A DNA stretch of 64,000 nt from Patescibacteria group bacterium (GTDB lineage: Bacteria > Patescibacteriota > Minisyncoccia > Phycocordibacterales > JBBTRF01). This document shows positions 45,405 through 54,487 of the stretch, one piece after another; positions within the stretch are counted from its first letter, which is position 1; every line of letters begins with the position of its first letter. The notes beneath the pieces are model-generated. The model saw nothing but the letters and a program-made list of their open reading frames with translations, searched no databases and was not told the DNA's origin. The position numbers were made by a program, and so were the translations under genes. The stretch covers positions 464,458-528,457 of the forward strand of contig JBBTRF010000001.1 in assembly GCA_038065315.1 (NCBI GenBank), given 5' to 3'.

Positions 45405-46481
45405 ATGAGCAACACCACCCACACCCATGGCCACAGCCACGGGGAGCATCCGCGACATTACTCGAACATCAAGACCAAGAAGATTGCTGGGTCTCAAGTA
45501 GAGATCACCGGAGAGATCAGTGCCGCGGAGATGAAGCGCGCTTTTAAAGAATCGTTGAAGGCGTTTTCTGAACAGGCTTCTGTACCCGGCTTTCGAAAAG
45601 GTCATGTTCCTGAGGATGTCATTTTGAATAAAATGGGCGAGATGGCCGTGCTCGAGCATGCTGCCGAGGGTGTGTTGTCGCATGAATACATGCATATTGT
45701 CGTCGACCACAAAATCGAAGCGATCAGCCGCCCACAGATCGAGCTCACCAAGATCGCGAAGGATGCGCCGCTGGAATTTAAGATCACGGTTGCTGTCTTC
45801 CCCGAGGTGAAGATGCCAGACTACAAGAAGATCGCAAAGACCGAGATGAAAAAGGAGGAGAAGATCGAGATCACCGACAAGGAATTCGACGGCGCGATCG
45901 ACGAGATCCACAAGACATACGGAAAGAAGGAGGGTGCAGAAGGGGACGCGAAAGACGCTGCTCTCGCCCCGCTCGATAACGCACTCGTGCAGACTCTCGG
46001 CGATTTCAAAGACCTCGCTGATTTCAAGAAAAAAGTGAAGGAAAATATGCTCAAGGAGAAGGAGTATCGAGCAAAGGAAAAGAAGCGTCTCCAAATCGGC
46101 GAAAATATCGTCGCAGAAATGAAGGCGGAGCTGCCGGAAGTGCTCGTCTCAAGCGAGCTCGCAAAGATGTGGGGCGAATTTGAACACAACATCTCCCGCA
46201 TGGGTCTGAAGATCGAGGATTATTTGAAACATATCAAAAAGACTCGCGAGGAACTCAACAAAGAGTGGCGAAAGGACGCGGAGAAGCGCGTGAGCCTGCA
46301 GATCGCCCTCAACCGCATCGTCAGTGAAGAAAAGCTCTTGCCAAGCGACGCCGAAGTGACTACGGAAGTTGAAAAGATTCTCGCCGAACACAAAGATGCC
46401 GACGCCGAACGCGCTCGCGCCTACGTGGAAATGGTCCTGGGCAACGAAAAGGCGTTTCGCTTTTTGGAGGAGCAGAAGTAA
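45405..46481 (+). CDS. tig: Trigger factor lacking the central PPIase domain (N-terminal ribosome-binding + C-terminal chaperone domains), with a His-rich N-terminus
   Basis: ...VPGFRKGHVPEDVILNKMGEMAVLEHAAEGVL matches the trigger-factor GFRxGxxP signature. The length (358 aa) and absence of an FKBP motif indicate a PPIase-less form. The start is uncertain (45369 or 45405). Confidence 0.7.
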   Translation: MSNTTHTHGHSHGEHPRHYSNIKTKKIAGSQVEITGEISAAEMKRAFKESLKAFSEQASVPGFRKGHVPEDVILNKMGEMAVLEHAAEGVLSHEYMHIVVDHKIEAISRPQIELTKIAKDAPLEFKITVAVFPEVKMPDYKKIAKTEMKKEEKIEITDKEFDGAIDEIHKTYGKKEGAEGDAKDAALAPLDNALVQTLGDFKDLADFKKKVKENMLKEKEYRAKEKKRLQIGENIVAEMKAELPEVLVSSELAKMWGEFEHNISRMGLKIEDYLKHIKKTREELNKEWRKDAEKRVSLQIALNRIVSEEKLLPSDAEVTTEVEKILAEHKDADAERARAYVEMVLGNEKAFRFLEEQK

Positions 46482-46490
46482 CTATACTTT

Positions 46491-46904
46491 TTGTTGTATA
46501 ATGACGACATGAAACGAACTACTTACTACATCTTGTCTGGCATTCTTTTGGGTGTCGCGACGGATTTTCCTTTAGGATTATTATTTATGTCGTGCGGACT
46601 AGGAGGCGGTTGCCCAAATGTAGTCAATCTGGCCACCTTGATAATGCTATGGCTATCGCCAATAATAGGTGGTGTTATTGGGTTTTTTATCGCTCATAGA
46701 AATCCACAAGGTACCCCGTCCTCAGATATGGAACAGAAAATAGGTGAGGGTGTTATCGCTGAGCATGACAGAAAACCAAAGAAGGTGTTATTTTTTTCCA
46801 GCCTGCCCGTTATCATTATTCTAGCTTGGTATGTATTTGGCACGATACTATCTATCATCATTTTTCTAGCTTGGTATCTGTTTGTCATGCGAAAAACTAA
46901 ATAG
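46491..46904 (+). CDS. Hypothetical small membrane protein (4 predicted TM segments)
   Basis: Hydrophobic throughout; no homology recognised. Confidence 0.4.
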   Translation: MLYNDDMKRTTYYILSGILLGVATDFPLGLLFMSCGLGGGCPNVVNLATLIMLWLSPIIGGVIGFFIAHRNPQGTPSSDMEQKIGEGVIAEHDRKPKKVLFFSSLPVIIILAWYVFGTILSIIIFLAWYLFVMRKTK

Positions 46905-46931
46905 CTAGCCGCTACCGAGAGCACTTTGCAC

Positions 46932-47690
46932 CTACCCCATCACCACTAACGCTGCCGCCACGATTGCTGCTGTCTCTGTGCGCAGCACCTGCGAGCCGAC
47001 GGTCACAATCTGCGCACCTTTCTCGCGAAACAACCCGAGCTCTCGATCGGTCCAGCCGCCTTCGGGACCAACAAGAATACCGAGGCCTCCACGCTTCCCT
47101 GCTTTTGCCGCTTGGCCGAAAAGCTCGCCTCGCAACTCCACTGACCACTGCTTACCCGTGAGATGAAAAGCGACAAATTCTGTATCGGCGCTGTATTTTT
47201 CAAACAATTCATCAATCGGACAGATCGCCGCAAGCGTCGGCACCGTAGTGCGCTCCGATTGCTCGGAAGCCTCGACAAGAATCTTCTGGCAGCGCTCTTC
47301 GTTGATCGCCAGCTTCTCCGAACGGTCCGACAGCACGGGCACAAAACCGCTCACACCGATCTCGGTCCCCTTTTCAAGCACATATTCGAATTTATCTTTT
47401 TTTGGAAGCGATTGAAAGAGGGTCACGGGCATCTGGCGTGCCGCTTCTTTGACTTTCTGTGGCTCGTGTTTCTCGAGCACGCGGAACACCCCCTCGGTTT
47501 TCTCAAGAGAAACGATTTCTGCCGTGTATTGAAAGCCAGTATTGTCGAGCAGCATCACCGAATCACCCGCATGCAGGCGAAAGACGCGCTTGAGCTGGTG
47601 AACGAGAGCCTCGTCGTGTAGGTGTACCTCGCGGCGGTCGCCGATCGGCTCATTCAGCAACTTGTGGATGAAAAAACGCTGGAGTTTCAT
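46932..47690 (-). CDS. rsmE: 16S rRNA (uracil1498-N3)-methyltransferase RsmE family
   Basis: 252 aa with the N-terminal PUA-like domain and a C-terminal SPOUT pattern (...GILVGPEGGWTDRE...). Confidence 0.8.
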   Translation of the reverse strand: MKLQRFFIHKLLNEPIGDRREVHLHDEALVHQLKRVFRLHAGDSVMLLDNTGFQYTAEIVSLEKTEGVFRVLEKHEPQKVKEAARQMPVTLFQSLPKKDKFEYVLEKGTEIGVSGFVPVLSDRSEKLAINEERCQKILVEASEQSERTTVPTLAAICPIDELFEKYSADTEFVAFHLTGKQWSVELRGELFGQAAKAGKRGGLGILVGPEGGWTDRELGLFREKGAQIVTVGSQVLRTETAAIVAAALVVMG

Positions 47691-47755
47691 GGGTGTTGGA
47701 TGTTTCGTGTTTAGTGTATGGCAAAGCGCGTGAAAAAGAAAGCGCCGCCCGAAAG

Positions 47756-47784
47756 TTGCGAAATATCCCCGTTTTCATTATAGT
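47756..47784 (+). promoter_or_regulatory. Promoter TTGCGA-N17-TATAGT whose -10 element ends 6 nt before the clpP ATG (predicted leaderless or near-leaderless transcript)
   Basis: Read directly. Confidence 0.45.
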
Positions 47785-47790
47785 AGGCAC

Positions 47791-48372
47791 ATGTTAATCC
47801 CAACCGTTATCGAAAAGTCGCAGTTTGGCGAGCGAGCGTATGATATCTATTCGCGCCTGCTTCGTGATCGCATCATCTTCCTCGGCGGCCCAGTGGACGA
47901 CCACATGGCCAACATCATCATCGCCCAACTCCTTTTCCTCGAATCTGAGGATGCCAAGAAGGATATTTTTCTCTACGTAAACTCTCCGGGCGGCTCTGTG
48001 TCGGCCGGCCTCGCGATCATCGACACGATGCGACACATCAAGCCGGACATCTCGACTGTCGGCGTCGGCATCGCGGCTTCTATGGGCGCAATGATCCTCT
48101 CTTGCGGCAAAAAAGGCAAGCGTATGATCCTGCCAAACGCCGAAGTGATGATCCATCAGCCATCGGGCGGCACCGAGGGTATGGCTTCGGACATCGAGAT
48201 TTCCGCGAAGCATATTTTGAAGACCCGAGAGAACCTCAACAAAATGCTTTCCAAAAACACTGGCCAGTCTTTGGCTCAGATCGAAAAGGATGTCGATCGC
48301 GATTTCTTTATGTCAGCCGAGGAAGCAAAAAAGTACGGCATCGTCGACAAAGTCTTGCCAGCGAAAGAATAG
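47791..48372 (+). CDS. clpP: ATP-dependent Clp protease proteolytic subunit
   Basis: 193 aa with the Ser-His-Asp catalytic triad context (...[11 protein letters not shown]..., ...IHQPSGG...). Confidence 0.95.
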   Translation: MLIPTVIEKSQFGERAYDIYSRLLRDRIIFLGGPVDDHMANIIIAQLLFLESEDAKKDIFLYVNSPGGSVSAGLAIIDTMRHIKPDISTVGVGIAASMGAMILSCGKKGKRMILPNAEVMIHQPSGGTEGMASDIEISAKHILKTRENLNKMLSKNTGQSLAQIEKDVDRDFFMSAEEAKKYGIVDKVLPAKE

Positions 48373-48555
48373 TGTTATACTATGACCTCGTTCCCTTTTA
48401 ATTGTTAATTCGCTTCCTTCGGACAGCCGACACGATAGACACGACCGACTTCCCGCTCTCCAGACACGCTTCGCACACCCATTTCCTGAACCCCACCATT
48501 CGATAAAAGTCACCTCACCTCCATCGCAGACACTGTTCGGAAAAGCCGCTAAAAT

Positions 48556-50085
48556 ATGTCATTAAAACTCGCCGCCCTGGCCGCTAGCATGGCCAGCTTG
48601 ATCAGTATTGCGCTTGGATACTATCTCCGAGTGCTCATTTCACTTGGCAAAAAGGGCTCTGTGGAGCTCCAGCTCAAGCAGCTCCACCTCGAAGCTGAGG
48701 AAAAGTCGCAGAAAGTACTTGGCGATGCCGAAGCCAAGGCTGCCGACATTCTTCGAGACGTCCGCGCTTCATCGAAAGAGAAGGAGGAGTCCCTCAAAAA
48801 GACCGAGGAGCGTCTCAACAAGAAGGAAGACTTGCTAGACCGCCGACAGGGCGACCTCGACAAGGAAGTCGAGTCGATCAAGCAAAAAATTGTTGAAGTT
48901 CGCACTATGAAGGACAAAGTGGAGGTGATGGAGAAGCAAAAACTCTCGGAATTGGAGAAAATCGCGAAATTGAGTAGCGAAGATGCGCGAAATCAGATCA
49001 TTTCGAGTGTGGAGAAGGCCAATGAAGATGACTTGATGAGCCGCATGCGCAAGCTTGAGCAATTTGGCGAAGAAAAGCTCGAGGACAAGGCCAAGGAGAT
49101 CCTCGGCGCCTGTATCCAGCGACTCGCCGGTGCTGTACCAGTCGACATGATGTCCACCACCGTCACCATCCCATCCGACGAGGTGAAGGGCAAGATCATC
49201 GGCAAAGAAGGCCGCAATATCAAGGCTTTTGAGCGAATCACTGGTGTGGAACTCATTGTGGATGATGCCCCAGGAGCGATCATCGTCTCGTCTTTCGACC
49301 CAGTGCGCCGCCAAGTGGCCAAAATCGCCCTCGAACGCCTCGTGGCCGACGGCCGTATTCAGCCGGCAAAGATCGAAAAGGAGGTGGAGCAGGTGCAGAG
49401 CGAATTGAACAAGATTATTAAGGATAAGGGCGTGGAAGCGGCTCAGGAGGTGGGCGTGATCAATATCGACCCTCGAGTGCTCCAGATATTGGGCCGTTTG
49501 CACTTCCGCACCAGCTACGGACAGAATGTGCTGGCCCACTCGGTGGAAATGGCACATGTCGCCGGCATGATCGCTGAGGAAATCGGCGCTAATGTGGCTG
49601 TAGCCAAGGCTGGTGCCCTCCTCCATGACATCGGCAAGGCCCTCGACCACGAGGTGGAAGGCACCCACGTGGAGATTGGCCGCCGAATTTTGCAGAAATT
49701 CGGCGTGAGCGAGCAGATCGTAAAGGCAATGGAGGCGCATCACGAGGAATATCCGTATGAAACCGTGGAATCGCGCATTGTGCAGACGGCAGACGCTATT
49801 TCCGGCGGCCGACCAGGCGCGCGACGTGACAGTATCGAGAATTATTTGAAGCGATTGGGCGATTTGGAGGCGATTGCGACGTCATTTAAGGGCGTGGAGA
49901 AGGCGTACGCCCTCCAGGCGGGCCGAGAAATAAGGGTTTTTGTGACTCCAGCCGATATCAACGACCTCGAAGCCAAGCGGATCGCCCGCGAGATCGCTTT
50001 GCGCATCGAAAAAGAGCTTCGCTACCCTGGCGAGATCAAAATTACCGTGATTCGTGAGACGAGAGTGATCGAAGTGGCGCGCTAG
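48556..50085 (+). CDS. rny: Ribonuclease Y
   Basis: 509 aa with an N-terminal TM helix, coiled coil, KH domain (GKEGRNIKAFERITGVELIVDD) and HD domain (...LLHDIGKA...). Confidence 0.9.
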   Translation: MSLKLAALAASMASLISIALGYYLRVLISLGKKGSVELQLKQLHLEAEEKSQKVLGDAEAKAADILRDVRASSKEKEESLKKTEERLNKKEDLLDRRQGDLDKEVESIKQKIVEVRTMKDKVEVMEKQKLSELEKIAKLSSEDARNQIISSVEKANEDDLMSRMRKLEQFGEEKLEDKAKEILGACIQRLAGAVPVDMMSTTVTIPSDEVKGKIIGKEGRNIKAFERITGVELIVDDAPGAIIVSSFDPVRRQVAKIALERLVADGRIQPAKIEKEVEQVQSELNKIIKDKGVEAAQEVGVINIDPRVLQILGRLHFRTSYGQNVLAHSVEMAHVAGMIAEEIGANVAVAKAGALLHDIGKALDHEVEGTHVEIGRRILQKFGVSEQIVKAMEAHHEEYPYETVESRIVQTADAISGGRPGARRDSIENYLKRLGDLEAIATSFKGVEKAYALQAGREIRVFVTPADINDLEAKRIAREIALRIEKELRYPGEIKITVIRETRVIEVAR

Positions 50086-50118
50086 GGCTAAAAAGCAACA
50101 CCCTCGGTTCTGTCTACT

Positions 50119-51156
50119 CTACCTATCGACTCTGTCGATCATGAATTTCACGTTCTCGTTCATGTCGACGGGAATAATTGAGATCTCTGGATGCTTTTTT
50201 CGGAACACTCGGAAGATTTCGTCCGCAAATGCCTGGCCGATTGTCTCCACCTTTGTGAAGTCAAGAGTAATCGAACGGAAATTATCCAGGCCGACAAGTA
50301 TCCTTCTGGCTTGTGACCTTGAGATATAGATCCCCTCTCTCGTGTACAGCTTTACCTTTACATCAGTCTTGTCGAATCCAAAATCACTACTCTCCCCCAT
50401 ATCCGAATACTTCTTGAACACATCGATAGTTTCTTTTTTTGAATCTAGCGAAACAGAGAAGCTTACCCTTGTCCCACTTTTACTTCTCTTGGGCTTTTTT
50501 AGGAAAATATCGTCGATCTTGTTGTTTACGATGAGCTGTTGAGAAAAACTCTCTAAATTAAAAATGTCTCCCATTTTCGAAGTAAAGAAAATGCCTTGCC
50601 CAGAATGATTTTCCGGAGCTGTCGTGGTTTTTCCCTTCAAAATATCCTGAATTGCCTCCAACTCAGAGTTTAGCTTCTTTACTTTCATGACATTACGAAA
50701 AACTCCTACGCCAGCGTCGGAAATAACAAATCGAAGCTCTCCATCCGCAACGGAAACCATCACCTCGATTGAATCAGTCTGCGAGTGCTCAATGGCATTG
50801 TTCATCATTTCCAAGAAACCGTAGCGCAATATCTGCAAAATATTCTTTGGCAGGGTTTTTATCCTCGGAAGTTTTTGCTCGATCTCATCCAAGACCGAAC
50901 CCTCCTCTAGGTCTTTATTTTTATAGACTTTCTTAAAAAAAGTCGGGTACACCTCGGAATGATCCTGAGCATACTCCGTCAAGATATAGGACGCCTTCTT
51001 CGTAGATCCAATTTTAACCAAAACACCCTGCTTCAATAAGTCTTTAACCAACAGAAAGGCAGTTTGCCTCGAAACAGCCAACAGCGTAGCGATATCAGCC
51101 GTTTTAAACTGTTTTTTATCCCTGATATGGCTTAAAATAAGGTTTTTATTTGACAT
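50119..51156 (-). CDS. Fusion protein: N-terminal winged HTH + GHKL (HATPase_c, RsbW/SpoIIAB-like) ATPase + C-terminal STAS-like DUF4325 domain
   Basis: wHTH ...KKQFKTADIATLLAVSRQTAFLLVKDLLKQGVLVKIG...; GHKL N-box EMMNNAIEHS, G1 box ISDAGVGV and G2 box HSGQGIFF; the C-terminus ...SRSQARRILVGLDNFRSITLDFTKVETIGQAFADEIFRVF... matches the STAS-like DUF4325 fold. Start set at MSNKN (alternative at 51186). Confidence 0.65.
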   Translation of the reverse strand: MSNKNLILSHIRDKKQFKTADIATLLAVSRQTAFLLVKDLLKQGVLVKIGSTKKASYILTEYAQDHSEVYPTFFKKVYKNKDLEEGSVLDEIEQKLPRIKTLPKNILQILRYGFLEMMNNAIEHSQTDSIEVMVSVADGELRFVISDAGVGVFRNVMKVKKLNSELEAIQDILKGKTTTAPENHSGQGIFFTSKMGDIFNLESFSQQLIVNNKIDDIFLKKPKRSKSGTRVSFSVSLDSKKETIDVFKKYSDMGESSDFGFDKTDVKVKLYTREGIYISRSQARRILVGLDNFRSITLDFTKVETIGQAFADEIFRVFRKKHPEISIIPVDMNENVKFMIDRVDR

Positions 51157-51171
51157 AATTTGATTACATAT

Positions 51172-51247
51172 CAATTGTAAACCCACTACAATTAATTGTC
51201 AAGTGATTGTAAACTTCCCAAATATAATTGTAAAGTAATTGTAAAAA
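51172..51247. promoter_or_regulatory. Five direct repeats of (A/G)ATTGTAAA at 51173, 51195, 51206, 51227 and 51238 (spacings 22, 11, 21, 11 bp, i.e. helically phased) in the divergent region between the HTH-GHKL-STAS gene and hup
   Basis: Read directly; constitutes an iteron-like or operator array. Confidence 0.6.
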
Positions 51248-51467
51248 CTAGTAAACTGGCCTCTTGGCAAGGATATGGCCGCCCAGGATTTGACATGCTA
51301 ATGCTTTTTCGTTGTAAACATCTGCGGGTTGCGTAAAAAATGGCCTACTATATAATTATCTTAGGTTAAACCAATTCCTTGTGAAAGCGAGTTGGAAAAT
51401 AAGTTGAGAATAAAAGCAGCGACAGCAGAAGTTCGGAGAATGTTTTTTATTTGTAATTTTCATTCCT

Positions 51468-51740
51468 ATGAATAAAGCATCAATTGTCGACGCGATTCAC
51501 GCGAAGATTGGAGGCACCAAGGTCCAGGCTGAGCAAGCTATGGATGTCGTGGTGGAATCCATCGTGAACACCATGAAGGGTGGCAACGAAGTATCTATCG
51601 CAGGCATCGGCATATTCTCAGTGAAGGCGCGAGCAGCGCGAGACGCACGAAACCCTCGAACCGGCGAGACTATCAAGGTCCCGGCGATGAAGGTTCCAAA
51701 GTTCCGAGCCGCAAAGGCGCTGAAGGACGCGGTGAGATAA
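51468..51740 (+). CDS. hup: DNA-binding protein HU
   Basis: 90 aa beginning MNKASIVDAIHAKIGGTKVQAEQAMDVVVESIV, with the ...RNPRTGETIKVPA... arm. Confidence 0.9.
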   Translation: MNKASIVDAIHAKIGGTKVQAEQAMDVVVESIVNTMKGGNEVSIAGIGIFSVKARAARDARNPRTGETIKVPAMKVPKFRAAKALKDAVR

Positions 51741-51798
51741 TCCGCCTCAGCCCAAGTCGTCGGTACCCTCCACAAGTACAGACATCTCTTCTCGAGAA

Positions 51799-51826
51799 GC
51801 AAAAACCGCCCAAGGGCGGTTTTTGC
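51799..51826. terminator. Bidirectional intrinsic terminator gcaaaaaccgccc-aag-ggcggtttttgc
   Basis: Perfect GC-rich stem with flanking A and T runs, downstream of hup. Confidence 0.7.
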
Positions 51827-51905
51827 TTTGCTATAAAATTTGAAGCATTAAAAAAAGCGCTGGTGAGGCGCTCGGTTGAGTATTTTACTAGCCTCCACTA
51901 GTTGA

Positions 51906-52130
51906 CTAAAACCACCTCGATTCACTTGAGGCAATAGCCCCGTCAGGAATGTCTAGGATCTCCCTGATCCACCGGACCTGCTGGGATCCAACACCTCGAC
52001 AGGCTTTAATTTCTGCAAAGGTCACCTTGCCTTCGAGAATGAGCCGCCGGAGAGCTTGGAGTTTCTTCTCCCCCGGCTTCATATCTGCTGCGTGCACTTC
52101 CAAGATTTTCTCGACGATATTAGGGTTCAT
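51906..52130 (-). CDS. Small HTH protein resembling sigma-70 region 4 (74 aa)
   Basis: ...LQALRRLILEGKVTFAEIKACRGVGSQQVRWIREIL fits the sigma region-4.2 HTH pattern. It may be the C-terminal part of a disrupted gene continuing from 52134..52682 (4-nt gap, different frame). Confidence 0.4.
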   Translation of the reverse strand: MNPNIVEKILEVHAADMKPGEKKLQALRRLILEGKVTFAEIKACRGVGSQQVRWIREILDIPDGAIASSESRWF

Positions 52131-52133
52131 GAA

Positions 52134-52682
52134 TCACAGGTAGAGGATGGCGTGTTTGCAGCCGAGCAAATCCCCGCAAGGAATAATCTTTTCCCCAACG
52201 AGAAAGTTTTTGAGCCCGCGTTCCCGCATGAACTCAATAACCTCCCGGCCAGGCAGACTCCCCATGAGAAACGGGGTGTTTGCAGGAATGACCCTGCCGC
52301 CAAATTGCACGACCCCACCATACTGCCAGCGGCGAGCCTTGATCCTGCAGCTCTCTTGACCCGGCATCCAGCCATACACCCCGGCACAGTGTGCGAGGTT
52401 TTTAGCTTCAGAAGATACCTTCTTCAGAGCAGTGCGTTTCTCGAGCACCTCTTTGGCAACCACTCGATTGATTCCTGCCCTAGCCACGAGAGCATAGGCC
52501 TGGCTCTTCCCGAAGCCGACGAGGTTCATCACACCAGCAATGCCGCTAGAACGGTAAACCCGCTCGAGTTCGCCACTATGGATGAAGTGGTCGTGACTGC
52601 TCGAGCTACGCACACCCTCATCGAAACGAGCACGACCACGAGGTGTCGAAACCGAGCCGCTCCAACATGCGAGAGTTTTCAT
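52134..52682 (-). CDS. Hypothetical protein (182 aa), unrecognised; possibly the 5' part of a frameshifted sigma-like or element-associated gene
   Basis: ORF of good length on the strand of its neighbours; no motif recognised. Confidence 0.3.
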   Translation of the reverse strand: MKTLACWSGSVSTPRGRARFDEGVRSSSSHDHFIHSGELERVYRSSGIAGVMNLVGFGKSQAYALVARAGINRVVAKEVLEKRTALKKVSSEAKNLAHCAGVYGWMPGQESCRIKARRWQYGGVVQFGGRVIPANTPFLMGSLPGREVIEFMRERGLKNFLVGEKIIPCGDLLGCKHAILYL

Positions 52683-53149
52683 TGTGTATCTTTCTACCGG
52701 TTATTCCGGCTTGTCAAAAAGCATTCTGTTTCATCCTTCACCCGATCGCCACACAGCATTCGAGGGACTCATCAGTCGAGATTTAATCTCGAGACAGAGA
52801 CCTGGACGACACGGAGAAGTGGATAAGAAGATTTTAACAGTACCGTCCACGGTACCACCCCCTATGCGAAGCAATTAGGTAATCTTTTGCTTATCTTTTT
52901 CTCCGTGTCATACCAGGGATACGACCAAGGTCCGTAGAGATATCAACCTCCACAAGACGATTCTTTTGGGTTTGGGAGCCCTTGTTACGAAACAAGAATC
53001 AAACGGGTTGTTTTCAGATACAACCAAACTCAAATCCAAAGCATTCTGTTTCGTCGTTTCCGACTCATCAGGCGAAGCACACACTTCGCAACAGACCCAG
53101 TCACTCACTGGGCAGAGGGAAGTTTTTAATGGTCTTCCAACCTCACGAT

Positions 53150-53533
53150 TCACACCGTGACCGAGAACAGCGCAAAGCTGAACTTCGCACCGTCAATTTC
53201 GGCCTGGGTATATTCGTGGCGACCTTCGAGCCGCGGCAAGCCACTCACCGCAAGGACGATCAGATCATCACCACCTTCGAGTGAGACAGTCGGTGCCTTG
53301 GCGGGAATTTCCACCTTCAACCCGAACCGTGACTCCATCACCGCGATTGTGGCCGTGTGGGACGGATTGAGGCAGGACACCACACCCGCCGCGAGCATCC
53401 CACGGACCTGCTCCAGCGTAAGCTGACGCTTACAGATGTTACAGAAGTCCGGGAACATGCTCGGGGCGATTCCGAAACCGAAATACGTTTTGCTCATAAC
53501 TGGATGGTTTTCTGGGGTGTATGGTTTTGGCAC
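53150..53533 (-). CDS. DUF1874 (STIV B116-like) family protein, typically associated with mobile elements and viruses
   Basis: 127 aa; ...TIAVMESRFGLKVEIPAKAPTVSLEGGDDLIVLAVSGLPRLEGRHEYTQAEIDGAKFSFALFSV resembles the B116/DUF1874 fold pattern (assignment from memory, moderate). Confidence 0.45.
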   Translation of the reverse strand: MPKPYTPENHPVMSKTYFGFGIAPSMFPDFCNICKRQLTLEQVRGMLAAGVVSCLNPSHTATIAVMESRFGLKVEIPAKAPTVSLEGGDDLIVLAVSGLPRLEGRHEYTQAEIDGAKFSFALFSVTV

Positions 53534-53713
53534 ACCTACCTAAGCCGTTTCAAAGACTGACAGTAAGGTCACTTGCCCTGCTGTCCTGTTTGTAATCATA
53601 GCACAGTAAATCTGTTTGTCAATCAAAATGCGGTAAATACCCTTAGAAAATCACCTATTTGTAAGGATATTCTAAAGTAGGCTTGATTTTATAGCTAAAT
53701 ATGTTACGATAGT

Positions 53714-54487
53714 GTGACAAACATGATATCAAAAAATATACTATCAGATGCTGGTCTTACAAATGAACAGTCTGTCGTTTATCTCTACCTTCTGGAAACC
53801 GGTTTTTCAACCGCCAAACATCTGGCTCAAAAGGCGGGAATCGGGCGGGCATTGACCTATAAAGTCCTCAAACAACTCGTTGACCTAAATTTAGTAGAGA
53901 AACGAGATGATATTGGCAAGATATCGAAGTTCTTCCCAAAGCACCCCAAGGTGATAAAGGAGCTACTTCACAGCAAAAAGGCCGAGCTAGATCGAGCTTC
54001 GGACACTTTGGGTCAGGTTTTTGGTGAATTGACCTCTGACTTCAACCTTCTGCTAGGGAAACCGAATGTTCAGTTCTTTGAGGGTCATGACGGCATCAAA
54101 AAAGTGTACGCTGATATTCTCGAGACAAATAAAGACATCAGCGTGATCAGTTCTGCTTCAGACAAGGGAGAGACGCTGCATTTGATCCGCGAGCAGATCA
54201 AAAAACAGGTGGCTCAAAACATCCGAACACGAGCCATCACCCCCATTGGTCATGAACATGAGCTATCCCACTCCCCAGAAGATGACGCGAAGCTCCTCGT
54301 GGAACGCAAAAAGGTCTCGGCAGAAAAATTAAATATCCCTGCGCAGATCATCATGTATGAAAACAAAGTAGCCATAACAAACTTCAAGGAGGAGTTTATC
54401 ACGGTAGTCATCGAGAGTGCCTACATATATCAGACGATGCAAACTCTATTTGACTACGTATGGAATCATACGGCGGAGAAGAGCTAG
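53714..54487 (+). CDS. TrmB-family transcriptional regulator
   Basis: N-terminal HTH (LTNEQSVVYLYLLETGFSTAKHLAQKAGIGRALTYKVLKQLVDLNLVEK) typical of TrmB, plus a C-terminal TrmB_C-like region. Confidence 0.7.
   Translation: MTNMISKNILSDAGLTNEQSVVYLYLLETGFSTAKHLAQKAGIGRALTYKVLKQLVDLNLVEKRDDIGKISKFFPKHPKVIKELLHSKKAELDRASDTLGQVFGELTSDFNLLLGKPNVQFFEGHDGIKKVYADILETNKDISVISSASDKGETLHLIREQIKKQVAQNIRTRAITPIGHEHELSHSPEDDAKLLVERKKVSAEKLNIPAQIIMYENKVAITNFKEEFITVVIESAYIYQTMQTLFDYVWNHTAEKS

Noticed and set aside
48835-49743. 302-aa minus-strand ORF
   Set aside because: Antisense to rny.
52056-52826. 256-aa plus-strand ORF
   Set aside because: Antisense to the co-oriented minus-strand gene set (51906-52682); its translation is Pro/His/Ser-rich with no motif. 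The minus-strand ORFs were kept, with low confidence.
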